Shown here: positions 60,933 through 64,000 of the stretch, one piece after another | How the letters are laid out: each line of letters begins with the position of its first letter | Numbering within the stretch: the stretch's first letter is position 1 | Assembly (NCBI GenBank): GCA_963696385.1 | Contig: CAVOKF010000008.1 | Span: 352,001-416,000 of the forward strand | Origin: an uncultured delta proteobacterium | Lineage (GTDB): Bacteria > Myxococcota_A > Polyangia > Polyangiales > Polyangiaceae | DNA length: 64,000 nt | Reading direction: 5' to 3' | Position numbers and translations under genes: made by a program | The notes under the pieces: generated by a model | What the model was told of the DNA's origin: nothing | Database searches by the model: none | What the model saw: the letters and a program-made list of their open reading frames with translations, nothing else

Positions 60933-61193
60933 TTACTTCGTCTTCTGCGGCGTGCCCGCCTGGAGCGGCCTGACGCCCGGAGCGGGGGAGCGTGTCGGAC
61001 GCGCGGACGGCGCCGGCTCGGCCACCGACTCGCCCGAAGACGGAGCGAGGGCGTGGCCGACGACGAGGGACGCGAGCAGCGTGAGCGCCGAAACCACGAC
61101 CACGCATGCTCCCACGAGAGCCCCCATCGCGACGAGGGTCCGCTTGAGCAGCATTCGGTTGTCCATCGGTGCGTCAGGCATCGCCGTCGTCAT
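60933..61193 (-). CDS. Small single-TM protein between gspC and gspD
   Basis: 86 aa; long hydrophobic segment then a Pro-rich tail; tightly packed in the operon. Confidence 0.6.
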   Translation of the reverse strand: MTTAMPDAPMDNRMLLKRTLVAMGALVGACVVVVSALTLLASLVVGHALAPSSGESVAEPAPSARPTRSPAPGVRPLQAGTPQKTK

Positions 61194-61197
61194 CTCG

Positions 61198-62160
61198 TCA
61201 TTGAATGTTGTAATCGAGGTTGGTGTCCTGACCCTGCCGGTTCACCGACACGGTCAAGTGGTCCGCCGTGCGCAGTCGCGCGTAGGCCTCGAGCGCCTTT
61301 TCGGGACTCGTCATGTCGAAGCCGTTGATTTTTTCGAGTCGGTCTCCGTTGTTCATGCCGAGGGTACCGAGCAGGCTGTCGGGTTTGACCCCGAACAGCC
61401 GAATGCCGACGACCTTGCCGTTCTCTTGCTCGGGCACGATGCGCGCCTGTCGCATCAACTCGGCTTGGTTTTCGAGAATCTTGTCGACGACGCTGCGATC
61501 GATGTTGAATTCCGTCGCGCTGACCCTCTGAATGCCTTTCTTGATGTCTGCGGACACCCCGGGGCCGCCCGAGGGCGGAGGGGCGGGCGGGGGTGCGGCC
61601 GCGCTGCTGGCGGCCGGAGGCGGCCTGAACATCTCAGATTGGCAGAGCTGACTGCCGCTGGTCAGCCAGACGCGATCCCAACCGATGAACTTGACCGTCT
61701 TGCCGCCGAGATCTCCCCCGCGCCGCCGCAGGACGCTCTTGCCCTTGTCCTGCGACGTCTCGAGCGCCGCGAAGGACCAATCCGGGTCGGAGGACGCCGC
61801 GATGACCAGCACCTGTACGCCGTCGCATTCCGGGGCGCTGTACGGATCGGTCAGGTCCGGCGGGGGCGGCTCAGCCGCTTTCGCGTCCTCGATCAGCGCG
61901 ACGGCGTTGAGCGGACCGGTGACCGAATCAAACGGATTTCGAGAGAGGATGGACTCGGCGCTCGTGACGTGTCGACTCGACGACATCGGCGGCGGCGGCA
62001 ACCGTGCCGTGAGTGGCGGCACGGCAAGCTGCTTGTCGTCCGGAGCCAGGCTCGCACCGACGATCTGCATGATCCCCTGCGCATCGAGGAAGGCGGCGAT
62101 GGCGACCAAGAGAAGGACCACCGCCCAGAAGTGCCTTTTGAGGAGCTTGTCGATGGCCAT
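61198..62160 (-). CDS. gspC: Type II secretion protein C with C-terminal PDZ domain
   Basis: N-terminal TM, RNPF, ARIVP..GIRLFGVKPDSL...GDRLEKING...EKALEAY. Confidence 0.92.
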   Translation of the reverse strand: MAIDKLLKRHFWAVVLLLVAIAAFLDAQGIMQIVGASLAPDDKQLAVPPLTARLPPPPMSSSRHVTSAESILSRNPFDSVTGPLNAVALIEDAKAAEPPPPDLTDPYSAPECDGVQVLVIAASSDPDWSFAALETSQDKGKSVLRRRGGDLGGKTVKFIGWDRVWLTSGSQLCQSEMFRPPPAASSAAAPPPAPPPSGGPGVSADIKKGIQRVSATEFNIDRSVVDKILENQAELMRQARIVPEQENGKVVGIRLFGVKPDSLLGTLGMNNGDRLEKINGFDMTSPEKALEAYARLRTADHLTVSVNRQGQDTNLDYNIQ

Positions 62161-62199
62161 GCGGGTCGCGAACCGGGACAGGGTGCCCCGCGTCGAGAG

Positions 62200-62215
62200 T
62201 GCGAGGCACGTGCCA
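62200..62215 (-). promoter_or_regulatory. Sigma54 -24/-12 promoter of the gsp operon
   Basis: Minus strand TGGCACG-TGCC-TCGCA versus consensus TGGCACG-N4-TTGCW; about 40 nt upstream of the gspC ATG. Confidence 0.75.
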
Positions 62216-62310
62216 TGACAGAAACACTCGAAGTTTCAATATGTTTCCAATTTCGACGGCCTCGTCCTTCGCCAGCTTGGCGAGGGGCTCGAAGCGGGGC
62301 TGCAGACCGT

Positions 62311-62323
62311 TGACAAAATGTCA
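62311..62323. promoter_or_regulatory. Candidate enhancer (UAS) palindrome
   Basis: TGACA-AAA-TGTCA about 100 bp upstream of the sigma54 box. Confidence 0.5.
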
Positions 62324-62454
62324 GTCGACCCGCGCCGGACGAGACGGGCGAGGCTCCTCTTCTCTCGACGTCGTCCCCTTCGCGAGCCGACGCTCCGACG
62401 CCGACGAGCTCGGCGAGAGAACGTGGCGCGAGCTACCGCGCACTCCAAGGAGTT

Positions 62455-63909
62455 TCATTCGGTGATCCCATCGAGCTTCCGGTAGATCGTGCGCGTCGAG
62501 ATTCCGAGAAGCTGAGCGGCCAAGGACTTGTCGCCTCGGGTGTTGCGCAACGTCTCCCGAATGACGCGCAGCTCGATCTCCTCGAGCGGAGTTCCGATCT
62601 CGAACGTGAGCTGCGTCGTCGTACTGGCCGGAGCGGTCGCGATGTGATCCGGCAAGTCCCCTTCGGCGAGCGCATCGCTGCGCGAGAGCACCACGGCCCT
62701 TTCGACCGCGTTCTCGAGCTCCCGGACGTTTCCAGGCCACGAGTAGTCGGCCAGACGCTCGAGGGCACCGCGGGTCGGTTGCAGCCGGGGGCGACCGTTT
62801 TTGGCGCAGTAAAGACCGAGGAAATGATCGACGAGCAGAGGGATATCTTCGCGGCGGGCGCGTAACGGCGGAGCCGTAATCGCGATCACGTTCAGTCGAT
62901 AATACAGGTCCTCTCGAAAGCGCGAGGCCCCCACCTCCGCGACCAGATCCCGATTGGTCGCCGCGACGATGCGGACGTCGGCCTTCGCCGTATTGCCGCC
63001 GAGCGGCTCGTACTCGCCCTCTTGCAGCACGCGGAGCAGCTTGACCTGCACGCTGGGCGAGAGCTCACCGATTTCGTCGAGAAAGAGGGTGCCTCCGGCC
63101 GCCTTGGCGAACCGACCGTCCTTTTTGGCCATCGCCCCCGTGAACGCGCCCCGTTCGTGTCCGAAGAGCTCACTTTCGAGGATCGTCTCGGGAATGGCCG
63201 CGCAATTGACGGCGACGAACGGGCCGCGCGAACGCGCCGAACGCTCGTGAATGTAGCGGGCCAGAAGCTCCTTTCCGGTGCCGCTTTCGCCCAGAACGAG
63301 CACCGTCGCCTGGCTCGGCGCCGCTTGCGTTGCGACGTCGATGACGCGACGCAGCGCTTGAGAGCTGCCGATGATTTCGCGATGCGCCAGGCGCTTGATC
63401 TCGGCTTTGAGGGAGCGATTCTCGGCAACGAGCTTTTGCTTCTCGGCCGCCTTGCGGACGCTCTTGACAATCGAGATGCGCTTGAGCGGTTTCTCGACGA
63501 AGTCGTAAGCTCCGTCGCGCATCGCGTTCACGGCCACCTCGACCGATCCGTAAGCCGTCATGAGGACGACCTCGACGTCGGGCACCACCTGCTTGACGGC
63601 ACGCAGCAGCTCGAGTCCGGTCGTGCCCGGCATCATCAGGTCGCTCAGGACGACGTGCACCCGGTGCGACCGTACGAGTTCGAGCGCATGCTTGGCGTCG
63701 GGCGCGGAGAGCACCCGCATCCCTTCGCGTGCGAAGATCTTTTCGAGCGACTCGACGTTCGAACGCTCGTCGTCGACGACGAGAACCGTAATCGCGTCGG
63801 CCAGCGGGTTGTCCCGAACCGGCTCGTCCGGAGCGACCGTCGAGGGCGCGGGCGCGACCTCGGCGACTCCGATCGGCGAGGGCAGAGGAAAACTGGGCTT
63901 TTGCAGCAC
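62455..63909 (-). CDS. NtrC-family sigma54-dependent response regulator (start uncertain)
   Basis: Receiver VDDE..DLMMP..TAYG..KP; GESGTGKE, GAFTGA, FLDEIGE, WPGNVREL; Fis-type HTH. Confidence 0.95.
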   Translation of the reverse strand: MLQKPSFPLPSPIGVAEVAPAPSTVAPDEPVRDNPLADAITVLVVDDERSNVESLEKIFAREGMRVLSAPDAKHALELVRSHRVHVVLSDLMMPGTTGLELLRAVKQVVPDVEVVLMTAYGSVEVAVNAMRDGAYDFVEKPLKRISIVKSVRKAAEKQKLVAENRSLKAEIKRLAHREIIGSSQALRRVIDVATQAAPSQATVLVLGESGTGKELLARYIHERSARSRGPFVAVNCAAIPETILESELFGHERGAFTGAMAKKDGRFAKAAGGTLFLDEIGELSPSVQVKLLRVLQEGEYEPLGGNTAKADVRIVAATNRDLVAEVGASRFREDLYYRLNVIAITAPPLRARREDIPLLVDHFLGLYCAKNGRPRLQPTRGALERLADYSWPGNVRELENAVERAVVLSRSDALAEGDLPDHIATAPASTTTQLTFEIGTPLEEIELRVIRETLRNTRGDKSLAAQLLGISTRTIYRKLDGITE

Positions 63910-64000
63910 CGTGACAAGATGGCAGAGTAAAGACAGATCGTCAAAGAAGGGTCAGAACTGGAGGCGGATATGCCGCAGCCAGCGCAAGCCGTCCGCTCTC

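Noticed and set aside
47349..62160. Type IV pilus or Tad/Kil system
   Set aside because: The gene order C-D-E-F-G-H-I-J-K-L-M-N, a PDZ-containing GspC and a GspK indicate T2SS; no PilT or Flp is present

Overview
GC-rich, densely coding core-genome segment, most likely from a myxobacterium (Myxococcota, Polyangiaceae-like; inferred from an MglC-like roadblock protein, a TIGR02266/PilZ-like protein, FHA and PEGA proteins and a myxobacterial-type gspC-N cluster). It carries housekeeping genes (argC, argB, hisH, hisA, hisF, rpsU, ppx, map, recN, aroQ, accB, accC, pyrB, murI, hom, lon, purD), two tRNAs (Pro-GGG, Leu-CAA) and a type II secretion cluster (gspC to gspN, no gspO seen) behind a near-consensus sigma54 promoter, next to an NtrC-type activator. 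No CRISPR array, prophage, integrase or transposase is visible. The most unusual signal is a concentration of apparent pseudoenzymes between about 26 and 38 kb. An apparent operon encodes an aconitase homologue with no Fe-S ligands or catalytic residues, a tandem double pseudo-histidine kinase and an intact receiver protein. Nearby are a His-less Fic protein, a truncated pseudokinase-TM-PEGA protein and a Ser/His-less rhomboid. A small structured repeat with compensatory base changes occurs at about 7.7 and 21.7 kb. Three single-base frameshifts (pseudo-aconitase start, hom, gspL) are probably assembly errors. All family assignments come from motif recognition by eye; no database search was run.
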